Part shown: positions 25,887 through 38,581 of the stretch, piece after piece
Layout: the number at the start of each line of letters is the position of its first letter
Numbering within the stretch: position 1 is the stretch's first letter
DNA from: an uncultured Bdellovibrionales bacterium
GTDB lineage: Bacteria > Patescibacteriota > Minisyncoccia > Moranbacterales > GWC2-37-73
Length of the DNA stretch: 64,000 nt
Reading direction: 5' to 3'
Assembly (NCBI GenBank): GCA_964484505.1
Contig: CAZAFB010000002.1
Coordinates: 9,679 to 73,678 of the forward strand
Program-made: the position numbers and the translations under genes
Notes under the pieces: generated by a model
Databases searched by the model: none
What the model saw: only the letters and a program-made list of their open reading frames with translations
Told to the model about the DNA's origin: nothing

Positions 25887-27325
25887 TTCAACACCTCCTT
25901 TCTTTTGGTTACAAATCCCTCTTTTTCCAAATCCATATCGAAAACATTCCTAAGTGCGTGCCTGTAAAGCCAGTACTCTATCAACAAAAGAATCAAGAAA
26001 ATCAAAAGTATCAGCAATAAAATAATAAATATCCAGCCAAGATTGGCAACAAGAGTTTCATTGGTAAGCAATATGCCGCCGCCAACACCAATGAAAGGAT
26101 AGTCTCGAATTAAAAAGAAATCTTCTGCAACGAAATTATTATTTTTCATTTGTGCAAAAAGACTTATTTTATATCTTCCCGGACCCATAAATACCGGAAG
26201 TTTGATATTTTTTTTCACATGCTCATCTGAAGTGATTTTTATTTCTTCTTTCAACTCATGCAGAAGTTTTGATTTGGAATCGAATATCCGATAAGTAAGC
26301 CAGGTTACATTTTCCGACCCTGACTTCCCTATATTTTTCAGAAAAACATCCAAAAAAAGTTCCTGTCCCCTAAAAACCAATTTTTCTTTATTAAGAACAG
26401 CTACCGAAACGCTTCCTTGCTTTCGCTCCATCGACATGGCGGGAGCAAGTTTTCCTTGCGGACGAACCAACTGCGTATAATTTTTATTTCCATGTTCATG
26501 ATCATCCTCATCAGATGTTGTTTCTTTAACTATTTCAAAAGACAATGAGGTTGTGCTCATGCGCATCTGATTATCATGATCGGTCGCGGTGACATAAATA
26601 ACATACGAACCAAGCGGCAAGTCTGCTGGAATGTTCCAATACCAATAACCATTAACATTGGCGAAAGTATCCGCCGCTATTATCGGTCCGGGATATAAGG
26701 ATATAGCTATTACAGCATTTGCCAAATTAGTCGTTCCTGTTATTAAAGGATTTTTGTTTTGAGTTTTAACAAGACCGACACTTTGCGTCAGATCAATCCC
26801 ATCGAAAGAAATAATTGCACATTGAGGCTGGGGGGGTGGCGGTGGCTCGCATATTCCCGTGGAAACAGCGGCCTCGTTAGATTGCGCATTACCCAACGGA
26901 CCATAAGCAACAACATAATAAGTATAGGAAGCATTCTGTTCTATGTTCGTGTCTGTATAGTAATTCGTAGAAATACCCGAAATTAAAATTTCCCCGTTCC
27001 TATATAAATCATAGCTGTTTGCATCCGGAGAAGCCGTCCAATTCAGCCAAATAGCAAGATTTCCCTTGTCACATTGTTCATAGCCGCTAAGCACAGGTAC
27101 TTCTGGCGGTCCCGGTATCCATAAACTCAGAGAAACGGCATCTGCAGCAAAGGCATATTTGTTTTTCATATCTCCCAGAAGCAATTCGGGACCCAACAAT
27201 AAACCGCTTGATATATATGCCACAAAAACCAAGCACGTTATTGCTGAATGGATTTTTACCGCGATATGCAGTTTTGTCTTTTTTGGCTTTGTCTTTTTCG
27301 GTTTTTTCTTTTTATTCATCTTCAT
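25883..27325 (-). CDS. 480-aa surface protein: N-terminal TM, fibronectin-III-like domain, PPPPPQPQ linker, Ig-like domain(s), C-terminal TM
   Basis: Lys-rich N-terminus then a TM (AITCLVFVAYISSGLLLG). FN3-like segment (PEVPVLSGYEQCDKGNLAIWLNWTASPDANSYDLYRNGE...YTYYVVAYGPLGN). C-terminal TM (IFIILLLILLIFLILLLIEYW). Confidence 0.6.
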   Translation of the reverse strand: MKMNKKKKPKKTKPKKTKLHIAVKIHSAITCLVFVAYISSGLLLGPELLLGDMKNKYAFAADAVSLSLWIPGPPEVPVLSGYEQCDKGNLAIWLNWTASPDANSYDLYRNGEILISGISTNYYTDTNIEQNASYTYYVVAYGPLGNAQSNEAAVSTGICEPPPPPQPQCAIISFDGIDLTQSVGLVKTQNKNPLITGTTNLANAVIAISLYPGPIIAADTFANVNGYWYWNIPADLPLGSYVIYVTATDHDNQMRMSTTSLSFEIVKETTSDEDDHEHGNKNYTQLVRPQGKLAPAMSMERKQGSVSVAVLNKEKLVFRGQELFLDVFLKNIGKSGSENVTWLTYRIFDSKSKLLHELKEEIKITSDEHVKKNIKLPVFMGPGRYKISLFAQMKNNNFVAEDFFLIRDYPFIGVGGGILLTNETLVANLGWIFIILLLILLIFLILLLIEYWLYRHALRNVFDMDLEKEGFVTKRKEVLK

Positions 27326-27396
27326 ATTTAAACGATGCGCTTAATTTTAAATTCTTTCCTGTTTGCACATTACCCATTCACCCTATTCATATGCCC

Positions 27397-30300
27397 TTAT
27401 TTTATCTTTGCCCAACCGAATATCTCTTGAAAATTGTTTATGATCAATTGGACGATATTTTCTTTTTTCTTTGGAGTAAGCAAAGCAAATTCACCCGAAG
27501 TACTTTCGTTTCCGGATTGATCTTTCGATTTCACCTTGAAATAATAGACTGTTCCGGGCTTAAAAATAGTAACCACAACGATATGCGTCTGGGAGGAATT
27601 CCCTTCTGTCATTATTTCTTTTTCTTCCCCATTGCGCCTTTCCTTATATGAAAGAACTGTTGTCGCTGGTTCATTTGTCGTCCAAGAAATTATGGACTGC
27701 ACTTTGTCATTCTGAGTAAGCGCATTCTCTGTTTTTATTTTATCTATTTTCGGCGCCGTATCATCTTTTCCTGTAGAAAAAGTTACTACTTGGGATTTTG
27801 CCTCATTGCTCTGTTCATCGCGAGCGATTACGGACAAATTATAAGCTACTCCCGATTCCAAATTTTCCAATTCCACTTCGTGTGAAATGGCCAGATCAGG
27901 CTTACCTTGCGTTCCTGAATTGGCAGGATTGCCTTGATCAATATAGGAAACAAGGGCATCTGTGGGAACATTGGTGGAAAACTTAACCACAGCACCATTC
28001 TCCGTAACTGACTCGACAGCTATATTGGAAATTTGCGGAGGAGCTTTGGATTCGAAAGTATAATCAGATGAAGAATACAAAGTTCCTTTCTGATCTTTAC
28101 CTTTTACTCGAAAATGATACGTTTGCGCCGGTTGCAAACCGGAAACTACCAGCTCATGATTTTTAACATAAGAGCCACTTTCTTTTATTTCACCATATGA
28201 ATTAGAAAGTCCATATTCGATTATTGAAGTAGTGGCTTGGTTGGTGCTCCAGGTTATTGTAGCTTCGTTGATGGATGTGGGAACAGCCTTGATTGAAGAT
28301 AGTGATGAAGGAGATTTGGTCGCAAAAGTTGATTGCGCCGATTCGGTTATGTTGCCGGCAACATCATATGAAACAACCGAATAATAGTATTTAGTATAAG
28401 GTACTAGTCCGGAAATCACTACCGAGTGAGAAGTGGAAAAATTATCCACACTGGTATTTACCAAATTATCACCTTCCATGCGCATATTCTTAGAATCAAC
28501 GCCATATTTTACCAGGCTATTCGCCTCTTCGTCAGTGGTCCAAGAAATGGTTACGGAGTCACCCGTAGAAGCAGACGTCTTGATACTACTTATTTTGGGA
28601 GCAATATCATCATCTCCAGTGCCGCTTCCTCCGCCTGATCCTGCCTGCTGCTGCGAAGTAACAAAAGAATACTCATCGGAAGAAATCGTGGTACTGAGAT
28701 TATCCTGACAAGTTACTTTGTAATAATAAGTCGTTTCAAAAATGAGTCCTGCAAGATGAATTGAATGCGTCTTGTCATAAGTAGCTTCAGAAACTGGAAC
28801 CTCGGTGTAATTTCCTGATTGAGTTCCAAATTCGATTGTACACTCCGCTTCCTGATCAGTATCAAAAGAAACAACAGCTTTGGTATCCGTTATTACAGGA
28901 GTGGAGACATTATCGATAGAACCAAGCGGGTCATGTTGTTGTTCGGTTGGTTTTTCTGTGGTGAAATTTCCCGGTGACGATGTGCCTGCATTGCCATATG
29001 CATCAGTCGCAGTAATTGTAAATAAATAACTATCATCAGCATTAAGACCGGAAAGCAACACGAAATGATCCGTGGCGTAGTTTGTCATATTCACATTGTT
29101 TGTAAGAGGCATTTCTGTTCCATATAAAACCAAGCTCCTGGTTGCTTTGTCCGTATGCCATGAAATTAGCGCGCTATCAGAAGCAAGTTCCTCCACTGTT
29201 ATAGCGGAAATTACCGGATCGGAATCATCATGCCCGGTAGCGAAAGAATCATTGGTTGAATACCCTGTATTGCCACTACTATCTTGTGAAAATACTCTGA
29301 ATTGATATGTGTTATCAGCACCAAGATCATGAGGTAACTCAATCGAATGAGAAGTGGAAAGGTCACTGCTTCCATACACTCGACCATAAGCAACCGTTGG
29401 TCCGAATTCCACAAATGAAGAAGCGGCTTCATCGCTGTCCCAAGTTACCAACACTGTTTGCTGATCCGCTCCGGAAACAGCAGCTGCAACATTGGAAATC
29501 ACAGGTGCAACACTATCATCACCTCCCGACAACGTGCTGAAGTTGTTTTCTGCAGAGACGGCTTCATTTCCCATTGCATCTCGCGAATGTACCCGATAAT
29601 AATAAGTGGCGCTTGAGGAAAGTCCTGACAGCGTAACTGAATGCGAGGTAACCATGTCGTTTGTACCCAACAGCAATCCGGCAGGAAAACCTTGAGTTAA
29701 TGAATACTCCACAAAAGAATTGGAAGATTCATCGGTATCCCAAGTTATGGTAGCAGCGTCTTCGGTCGTTATGGCATTCAAGGAAGAAATGGCCGGAGGC
29801 GTAGAATCCAAGGGGTCCGTGATGAAAGGAGCCTGAGAATCATCAATTCCGACATTACCATATTGATCAGCTGATTTTACTTGGTAGTAATAGGTTTGTC
29901 CAGGCGTAAGTCCGGTAAGTGTAACGCTGTGTTCCGTACCCATAGTCGTAACTCCTATCTCGGAAGTAAAATCCCCCGAAACAGTTGAAAAACCGACAGT
30001 AGCATTAGCAAGAACATCGGTTTGCCAATTTAGTTGAGCCGTGGTTGTTGTCACGTTCGAAATCTGTATATTCGATATCACAGGAGGAATAGAACTAACT
30101 TCACCATTACCATCTGGTATATCACTGGTAATGTTGGAAAAGGCCGAAATACTGCCGTTCACATCTTCTGCTGTAATTTTGTAATAATATCTGGTTTCAG
30201 CAACAAGATCAGCATCCAGATAATAATTAGTCAATCTGTCTTCATTGGTTGCCACAGGAGTTGAGCCATAATTGATTCCATCACTGCTTCGCCAAATATT

Positions 30301-33300
30301 ATATTTGGCGAATCCGGCTCCGGATTGCCCTCCATCAATAACATCCCAAACAATAAGCTCGCGATATTTATCATTGTCAACATCCGAAGCGTCATAATAT
30401 ATAGTATTCAGAGGTTTTGCCGGCGTAGTTACGGAGATATCGGTATAATTTCCATAGGCATCGCCTATTCTCAAATATACCGTGGCGGGATCATCGGTAA
30501 GATTGCCATATACATACGAAGACTGAAATGCTTGGTATGAGGTATCGTTAAAATCAGCAAAGTTGGAAACCATCATTTGATAAGAAGAATCATCGATCGG
30601 AGTATCTAAAGACAAAAGATTTTGAGTATGATCTATGGAAAAGGCGACATTTGTCGGATTCTTGGTATCAATGATAAAAACATTCGAGGAGTTGTATCCC
30701 AAATTATTTGCACCCTCAGAGTCATTGGCTTTTACTCTGACCTTAAAATTAGAACCATTGAATTGCTGTGGATAATCAATTTTTGGATTCCATGTAAGCT
30801 GATAAGTGCTCCAATTAACTTCCTGAACCGCTATCCCGGCGCCCACATTTCCACCAACCGTAGCGGCATCAACCCATGTCTCGCTTCCAGCTGCGCTGCA
30901 ATTGGCGCTGCAATATTGCAGGGATATTTCAACATTGCCTGGAGTAGCGCCGGAAAGAGTGTCGGTATCGCGAGTTTCGTAATTTACAGTAACGATTCCA
31001 TTACTTCCTTGTGATGCTGAAACGTTACGCAATTCCGGTGGCGCATTAACCACATACTGCATGGTCACATCGGATAGATTTGGAGCGCTTAAGCCATCAG
31101 AAACAAGGAATGCTCTGTATTGAATCCATTGATCATCCAAGCCATCCCTCAGGACACTTGGCATTGATTCTCCGCCATTTTTATCAGTAAAATAGCTCGC
31201 ACCTGTTCCATCCGGACCCATCCAAGAAGTCCAGGTACCAGGAATACTTCCGTCATGCACCGCCGTACGTACTTGAAATCTCACATCAGTTCCAGACGGA
31301 ACAGTTTCATTCCATCTTATCTTCGAAAGTATGTTAGCACCATCAGATGTGTTATACATCGTGGAAGTAAGCGTCATGGGCGAAGGGTAATATTCGTAAG
31401 AAATTGTGGCTTGCTGGAATCTTGGTGTTGCCGTATCGTCAGTAGTCGTAAAATTAACCCTATATTGATAATAGCGATGCTGCCCCAAGCTGGATATATC
31501 TCCTCCTTGAGAAACATCGACTATCCAAGAAGTCCAAGTGCCATCGGGTGTGCCATTATCACCTGCACGTACATCCAGGGTAACCGTACTTCCTGCTGGC
31601 GCATCGTACAAATAAGCCATAGTAGTATAAGTTTTGATACTCCCGGTATCCACAACTACCGAAGAAAATGATCCCGCCGTATTGTAATGAGTTACGCCAA
31701 GCACCAAGGTTCCTGAAGCTGCACCCCATACTTTTAAAGGTAATGATTTATCATAATAATTATTCGTGCCAAGCTGTCCGTAGTTGTTCATGCCCCAATT
31801 CCAAACAGAATTTCCATCGGTTGACAAACTGGCAGTGGAACCATATCCGGCAGTAATTGCGCCTATGCTGGACAAATTACCCGTTCCCGCAGAATCAAGG
31901 GCTTGAACCGGATAGTTTTTATTTATTGAAGAGTTATCACCTAATTGTCCGTAGCCGTTCCAACCCCAAGCCCACACGGTGTTGTCAGTCTTCATTGCAA
32001 CCGTATGCGCATTGCCGCAAGCAACAGAAGAAACGTCGTTGAGAGTGCCACTGCCTCCCGCTCCAACAACCTGACTTGGCATATGAGCATCAACAATAGT
32101 TCCATTACCAATTTGTCCATTGCCATTCCAGCCCCAAGCCCAAACAGTTCCATTGTTCATAAGTGCAACCGAGTGCAAATAGCCCGCAGAAATTGATGAT
32201 ATGTTTTGCAAATATCCGCTACCCGTAGAATCGAATACTTGAATCGGGGCAGATTCATTTTGAGTGGTATTATTTCCCAGTTGACCGTTACTGTTATATC
32301 CCCAAGACCAAACAGTACCATCGTCTTTAAGCGCCAGAGAATGTTTTTCTCCTCCCGCAACCTTGGATACTCCAGACAAATAACCCAGTCCGCCTGGACC
32401 GACCACTTGTACTGGAATCATTTTCATATTGGTTGTATTATCCCCGAGCTGACCGTTTGAATTGTTTCCCCAAGTCCAAACTGTGCCATCGGTTTTCACC
32501 ACAAGCGTGAAGGTGTTTCCACAAGCAATAGATTCCACATCAGTAAGATAGCCTATGCCGTCTGAATCTGTAACCTGCGTCGGGGTGTATCTGTTCATTG
32601 TTGAATTATCGCCAAGTTGACCATAGCCGTTCCAACCCCAAGCCCAAACGGTGCCATCTGATTTTAAGGCAAATGAATGAGAATATCCCGCAGCAATCGC
32701 AACCACATCAGTAAGATTGCCACTTCCACCCGAACCCAGAACCTGGATCGGGGTTAACCTATTGGTTGTCGTGTTATCACCCAGTTGACCGTTTCCATTC
32801 CAGCCCCACGCCCAAACTGTTCCATCATTCTTCAAAGCAAGTGTGTGTGAATATCCGGAAGCTATTTTGGAAACATTAGAGAGAAATCCGCTGGCTGGAC
32901 CCCATGTTTGCAGAGGTAATCTTGATCCCGTAGTAGTGTTATTTCCAAGCTGTCCGCTGACATTATCGCCCCAAGTCCATAATGTTCCGTCATTTTGAAA
33001 AGCATATGAATTATCATGACCTCCTGTTATAAATTTAACATTGGCAAGATTTCCGGTTCCCAGATTGTCCATAACTTGACTGGGAAGATAACGATCAACG
33101 AGCGTATTATCAGCCAATTGTCCTGTTCCGTTATAACCCCAGGCCCAAGCATTTCCACTTGAATCTATCGCCAGTGAATGTTTAAATCCTCCATTGATAC
33201 TGATGATATTTGAAAGATTTGCCAAGCCGGAAGAATCCAAAACCTGAACTGGCAAATGTTTTTCTATTATGGTGTTGTCTCCGAGCTGGCCTCTATCATT

Positions 33301-34950
33301 CAATCCCCAAGCACGCACCGTTCCGTCAGTCATAACGCCAAGTGAATGATTTGAACCACTGGCAATTGCCGTTACCCCGCCAAGAAAATCATCACCGGCT
33401 TCATTTAATACTTGTACAGGCGTCGACTTGCTGATTATAGTATTATCACCCAGCTGTCCATTAGCGTTCAAACCCCAAGTCCAAACAGTGCTGTCGGATT
33501 TTAAAGCAATCGCGTGAGACCCTCCTGCCGAAATATTTTGGATACCACTAAGTGTTCCCGCGCCACCAGTTCCAAGGACTTGTACGGGAAGATGTTTGTC
33601 AACAACTGTTCCGTCGCCCAATTGACCGCTTGTGTTCAAACCCCAAGCCCAAACGGTGCCATCTGATTTTAAAGCAAGTGAAAATCTATCTCCCGCAGCT
33701 ATGGCTACAACATCCGTAAAATCGCCAGCACCATCAGAATCCACAACTTTTATGGGAGAATTTTTTTGAGCAACCGTATTATCTCCGAGTTGACCATGAT
33801 CATTATTTCCCCAAGCAAAAACCGTGCCGTCAGCTCTTAGCGCAAGCGAATGAGAACTTCCTGCGCTGACCGCTTCGATCTCCTCGAGATATCCAGCGCC
33901 GCCTTCACCCAAAACTTGCACCGGTGTATAGCGATTGGTAATTGTACTTTCACCAAGTTGCCCATTACCGTTCGCTCCCCATGCCCAGACAGAATCATCC
34001 GCCCTGATTGCCAACACATGGGTTTGACCGGCAGACAATGCCGCAACGCCGGCAAAACTCATTTTGACTCCAGCAGTAGCACCAGCACCAAAAACTTTAG
34101 TATTGGTATTTGTTCCGGAGTTGAAACCGCCTGAGTTATGGGTGTCTTCCTCGCCGGTACTTGATGTTTGCAGTGAAGACTCGGCGGTCCACGCAACCGA
34201 AACATCATTGCCGCCATTGATAATATCCGTATTCGCATCTTTTGCGAAATACTCATTCCAACTTGTCTGGTTAGCTGGATGCGCGGCATAATTGGCAGTC
34301 GCTCCGCCGGACCAGCTGGTTTGCTGCCAAGTATAAGTGGCTCCCTTGGTGTAACTATAATTATTCAAAAAAGCCGTAATGACTATAATAAATATAACCA
34401 AAAAGGAAACAGCTCTTTTGGCAAAAGTTTTTTGAGAAAAAGTTTTTATAAATTTCTTTTTTTCAATTAAACATGCTTGCTGGAATTTTTTTATGAAATT
34501 TTCAAAACTAAAATAACCATCTTTCAAAACCACACTGGCCATTTTTCTCAACAAAGAATCGTTTCTTACCATGCGTGTCGAAAGAGAGTTTCTTGAAATA
34601 GAAAATCGGCTCTTGCTTAGCTTTAATTTTCTTTTTCTTTTTTTCAAAATAAGTTTATCCGGCAAGCTGCGGAAATTTTCAAAAACTTTCCTTGCCTTAT
34701 TTGATGTAAATGCAACTAGCGACAAAATGTTGATGAAGATGTGCGAAACACAAAATGTTGGTTTTTGTCTTCTTGCAATATTATTTCTTTGCTCAATGCG
34801 TCTAAAGCCATCCATTGAACCACGGTGAAAACCGCCCTTCTTCAGAGAGGCATAAGAAATTACTTCACCTGCAATTTTTCTCGTCGATTTTTGTTTTATT
34901 TTTTTCATTCCGGCGCTGAACACCTTGTTTTGAGAGAGAAAAATTATCAT
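27397..34950 (-). CDS. Giant (up to 2517 aa) membrane-anchored surface protein: about 20 RCC1-type beta-propeller repeats followed by about 10 FN3-like repeats; true start probably internal (ATG at 34572 or 34542)
   Basis: Repeated WAWGxNxxGQLGDNTxxxxxxPxQV blades (RCC1 / alpha-tubulin suppressor family). The C-terminal half has repeated PPVISNIQISNVTTTTAQLNWQTD...HSVTLTGLTPGQTYYYQVKSADQYGN FN3-type units. TM helix AVSFLVIFIIVITAFL precedes the repeats. The first roughly 126 codons are basic, low-complexity and lack domain signal. Confidence 0.8.
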   Translation of the reverse strand: MIIFLSQNKVFSAGMKKIKQKSTRKIAGEVISYASLKKGGFHRGSMDGFRRIEQRNNIARRQKPTFCVSHIFINILSLVAFTSNKARKVFENFRSLPDKLILKKRKRKLKLSKSRFSISRNSLSTRMVRNDSLLRKMASVVLKDGYFSFENFIKKFQQACLIEKKKFIKTFSQKTFAKRAVSFLVIFIIVITAFLNNYSYTKGATYTWQQTSWSGGATANYAAHPANQTSWNEYFAKDANTDIINGGNDVSVAWTAESSLQTSSTGEEDTHNSGGFNSGTNTNTKVFGAGATAGVKMSFAGVAALSAGQTHVLAIRADDSVWAWGANGNGQLGESTITNRYTPVQVLGEGGAGYLEEIEAVSAGSSHSLALRADGTVFAWGNNDHGQLGDNTVAQKNSPIKVVDSDGAGDFTDVVAIAAGDRFSLALKSDGTVWAWGLNTSGQLGDGTVVDKHLPVQVLGTGGAGTLSGIQNISAGGSHAIALKSDSTVWTWGLNANGQLGDNTIISKSTPVQVLNEAGDDFLGGVTAIASGSNHSLGVMTDGTVRAWGLNDRGQLGDNTIIEKHLPVQVLDSSGLANLSNIISINGGFKHSLAIDSSGNAWAWGYNGTGQLADNTLVDRYLPSQVMDNLGTGNLANVKFITGGHDNSYAFQNDGTLWTWGDNVSGQLGNNTTTGSRLPLQTWGPASGFLSNVSKIASGYSHTLALKNDGTVWAWGWNGNGQLGDNTTTNRLTPIQVLGSGGSGNLTDVVAIAAGYSHSFALKSDGTVWAWGWNGYGQLGDNSTMNRYTPTQVTDSDGIGYLTDVESIACGNTFTLVVKTDGTVWTWGNNSNGQLGDNTTNMKMIPVQVVGPGGLGYLSGVSKVAGGEKHSLALKDDGTVWSWGYNSNGQLGNNTTQNESAPIQVFDSTGSGYLQNISSISAGYLHSVALMNNGTVWAWGWNGNGQIGNGTIVDAHMPSQVVGAGGSGTLNDVSSVACGNAHTVAMKTDNTVWAWGWNGYGQLGDNSSINKNYPVQALDSAGTGNLSSIGAITAGYGSTASLSTDGNSVWNWGMNNYGQLGTNNYYDKSLPLKVWGAASGTLVLGVTHYNTAGSFSSVVVDTGSIKTYTTMAYLYDAPAGSTVTLDVRAGDNGTPDGTWTSWIVDVSQGGDISSLGQHRYYQYRVNFTTTDDTATPRFQQATISYEYYPSPMTLTSTMYNTSDGANILSKIRWNETVPSGTDVRFQVRTAVHDGSIPGTWTSWMGPDGTGASYFTDKNGGESMPSVLRDGLDDQWIQYRAFLVSDGLSAPNLSDVTMQYVVNAPPELRNVSASQGSNGIVTVNYETRDTDTLSGATPGNVEISLQYCSANCSAAGSETWVDAATVGGNVGAGIAVQEVNWSTYQLTWNPKIDYPQQFNGSNFKVRVKANDSEGANNLGYNSSNVFIIDTKNPTNVAFSIDHTQNLLSLDTPIDDSSYQMMVSNFADFNDTSYQAFQSSYVYGNLTDDPATVYLRIGDAYGNYTDISVTTPAKPLNTIYYDASDVDNDKYRELIVWDVIDGGQSGAGFAKYNIWRSSDGINYGSTPVATNEDRLTNYYLDADLVAETRYYYKITAEDVNGSISAFSNITSDIPDGNGEVSSIPPVISNIQISNVTTTTAQLNWQTDVLANATVGFSTVSGDFTSEIGVTTMGTEHSVTLTGLTPGQTYYYQVKSADQYGNVGIDDSQAPFITDPLDSTPPAISSLNAITTEDAATITWDTDESSNSFVEYSLTQGFPAGLLLGTNDMVTSHSVTLSGLSSSATYYYRVHSRDAMGNEAVSAENNFSTLSGGDDSVAPVISNVAAAVSGADQQTVLVTWDSDEAASSFVEFGPTVAYGRVYGSSDLSTSHSIELPHDLGADNTYQFRVFSQDSSGNTGYSTNDSFATGHDDSDPVISAITVEELASDSALISWHTDKATRSLVLYGTEMPLTNNVNMTNYATDHFVLLSGLNADDSYLFTITATDAYGNAGTSSPGNFTTEKPTEQQHDPLGSIDNVSTPVITDTKAVVSFDTDQEAECTIEFGTQSGNYTEVPVSEATYDKTHSIHLAGLIFETTYYYKVTCQDNLSTTISSDEYSFVTSQQQAGSGGGSGTGDDDIAPKISSIKTSASTGDSVTISWTTDEEANSLVKYGVDSKNMRMEGDNLVNTSVDNFSTSHSVVISGLVPYTKYYYSVVSYDVAGNITESAQSTFATKSPSSLSSIKAVPTSINEATITWSTNQATTSIIEYGLSNSYGEIKESGSYVKNHELVVSGLQPAQTYHFRVKGKDQKGTLYSSSDYTFESKAPPQISNIAVESVTENGAVVKFSTNVPTDALVSYIDQGNPANSGTQGKPDLAISHEVELENLESGVAYNLSVIARDEQSNEAKSQVVTFSTGKDDTAPKIDKIKTENALTQNDKVQSIISWTTNEPATTVLSYKERRNGEEKEIMTEGNSSQTHIVVVTIFKPGTVYYFKVKSKDQSGNESTSGEFALLTPKKKENIVQLIINNFQEIFGWAKIK

Positions 34951-35110
34951 AAACTAAGACAGACAATTAGAACTGTCCCATAGTATAAATTATACTATCT
35001 CCTCACATTATTCGCAAAGTTTAACAAGCGCCCTGTTTTTGCTTTCCTTAGCGTTTTTCTAAACAAATACACCGCAATGATTTTGGCAAGAAATTTTATA
35101 TTTTTCTACA

Positions 35111-35142
35111 AAAAAATCCGGCTCTTTCAGCCGGATTTTTTA
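35111..35142 (-). terminator. Bidirectional rho-independent terminator just 3' of gyrB (stem atccggct/agccggat, loop ctttc, A-run on the left, T-run on the right)
   Basis: Perfect 8-bp inverted repeat at 35116-35123 / 35129-35136. It is flanked by aaaaaa (35111-35115) and ttttt (35137-35141). gyrB stops at 35170 on the minus strand. Confidence 0.6.
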
Positions 35143-35169
35143 TAAGTTTTGATTGTAAATCATCTTTTT

Positions 35170-37366
<2,197 letters not shown>

Positions 37367-37406
37367 TGAAATTCATAAAATAATAACTTTACAAAACGCA
37401 CTTTTT

Positions 37407-37781
37407 TTATCTTCTTGTTAGGAAATAAAGTTCAACCAATAGCACCCCCGCCACAACCAGCAGTCCATCCCACCAAGTCAACACTCGATAACTCTGCAAT
37501 AACAAAATTATCGCTGCCAAAATAGCAAGCAAAATTCCTTGCCGGAAACCGGTACCCAAAACTACCGCCATGTTTTCCCGATCATGATCTAATTTCAAAC
37601 GTGACCAAGTGAGAAAAAGAATGAATATGCCACTTAGCGCCAGCATCAGACTGCCATAAAACAGTGCCTGCCCTGCCAAACCAGAGACTTCTGGATCGAC
37701 AAAAAACAGTACTGTGGCGAATGCGCCGACAGACAAAAGCGTCCCTATCCTGATCGCCCACAGGTACGTTTTGAGGGTCAT
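37407..37781 (-). CDS. Hypothetical 4-TM membrane protein
   Basis: 124-aa ORF consisting almost entirely of four hydrophobic helices. Confidence 0.4.
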   Translation of the reverse strand: MTLKTYLWAIRIGTLLSVGAFATVLFFVDPEVSGLAGQALFYGSLMLALSGIFILFLTWSRLKLDHDRENMAVVLGTGFRQGILLAILAAIILLLQSYRVLTWWDGLLVVAGVLLVELYFLTRR

Positions 37782-38050
37782 GATTGGTTGTATTATTCGT
37801 TTTTGTTATTTATCCTTCTTTTGTCATTTTAACGCAAAACAAAGCTTCTGGCAAGCAAAAAACAGCATCTGAAATGCTGCATTATTGCGGGGCATTGTGA
37901 ACGACATTAGGATTTTCTTTGAGACAGAGAACAACTTGAACTTTGCTCCCCTCAACAAAGACTAATTTTAAAAACATTCGGAAATACAAAACCCCTCGAT
38001 GGGGGGAGGGGGTCTAAAATATGGGACATAGCCAGAAATGCTTCTTAAAA

Positions 38051-38581
38051 TTACATTAAATCTTTCTCAAATAGGGGTAAAGCATTTAGATATGCTTCTC
38101 TATTTTCATAGAAAGCAGTAGAATTCATAGATTCAAATATTTCTTTCATTTTTTTATCTAAAATCAAATCTGAATTCTTACAATAAAACCATATTTTAAA
38201 CAACTTAATCAGTGGTAAGTTTTCCTGAGTTATACTTTGATATAATTCGCAACAATCATAAATTAAATACTCCGAAAGAACAGCGTCAAATTTTATAGTT
38301 TTATCCTGGTCTTCCCTGTTTGCGTGTTTGAAGAAATTTTTGGCATTATGAAAAACACCATAAATCTCCTTTTGCCTCTCCTTTTTTATATTATTTTTTA
38401 TCCAATCATTTATGGCTGATTCTTTATTCTGTTTTTTGGCAAGGTCATTCAGAATATTGTGCGATGCCCCTGCTAAGGTATGAATAGCCACCACATCTCC
38501 ATATCTAAAAAACAATCTTATTGCGATTTCGAGCTGTCTTTTAGCGGCGTCTATTTTTGAAATATAAATATGATTCGACAT
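38051..38581 (-). CDS. Hypothetical protein (island cargo)
   Basis: 176-aa ORF in an AT-rich region with no recognisable motifs. Confidence 0.4.
   Translation of the reverse strand: MSNHIYISKIDAAKRQLEIAIRLFFRYGDVVAIHTLAGASHNILNDLAKKQNKESAINDWIKNNIKKERQKEIYGVFHNAKNFFKHANREDQDKTIKFDAVLSEYLIYDCCELYQSITQENLPLIKLFKIWFYCKNSDLILDKKMKEIFESMNSTAFYENREAYLNALPLFEKDLM

Noticed and set aside
34573-34950. First about 126 codons of the 2517-aa ORF as genuine coding sequence
   Set aside because: The region is basic, low-complexity and lacks domain signal. A TM helix and internal ATGs at 34572 and 34542 give a more typical start. It is kept only as the maximal ORF with the start flagged as uncertain.
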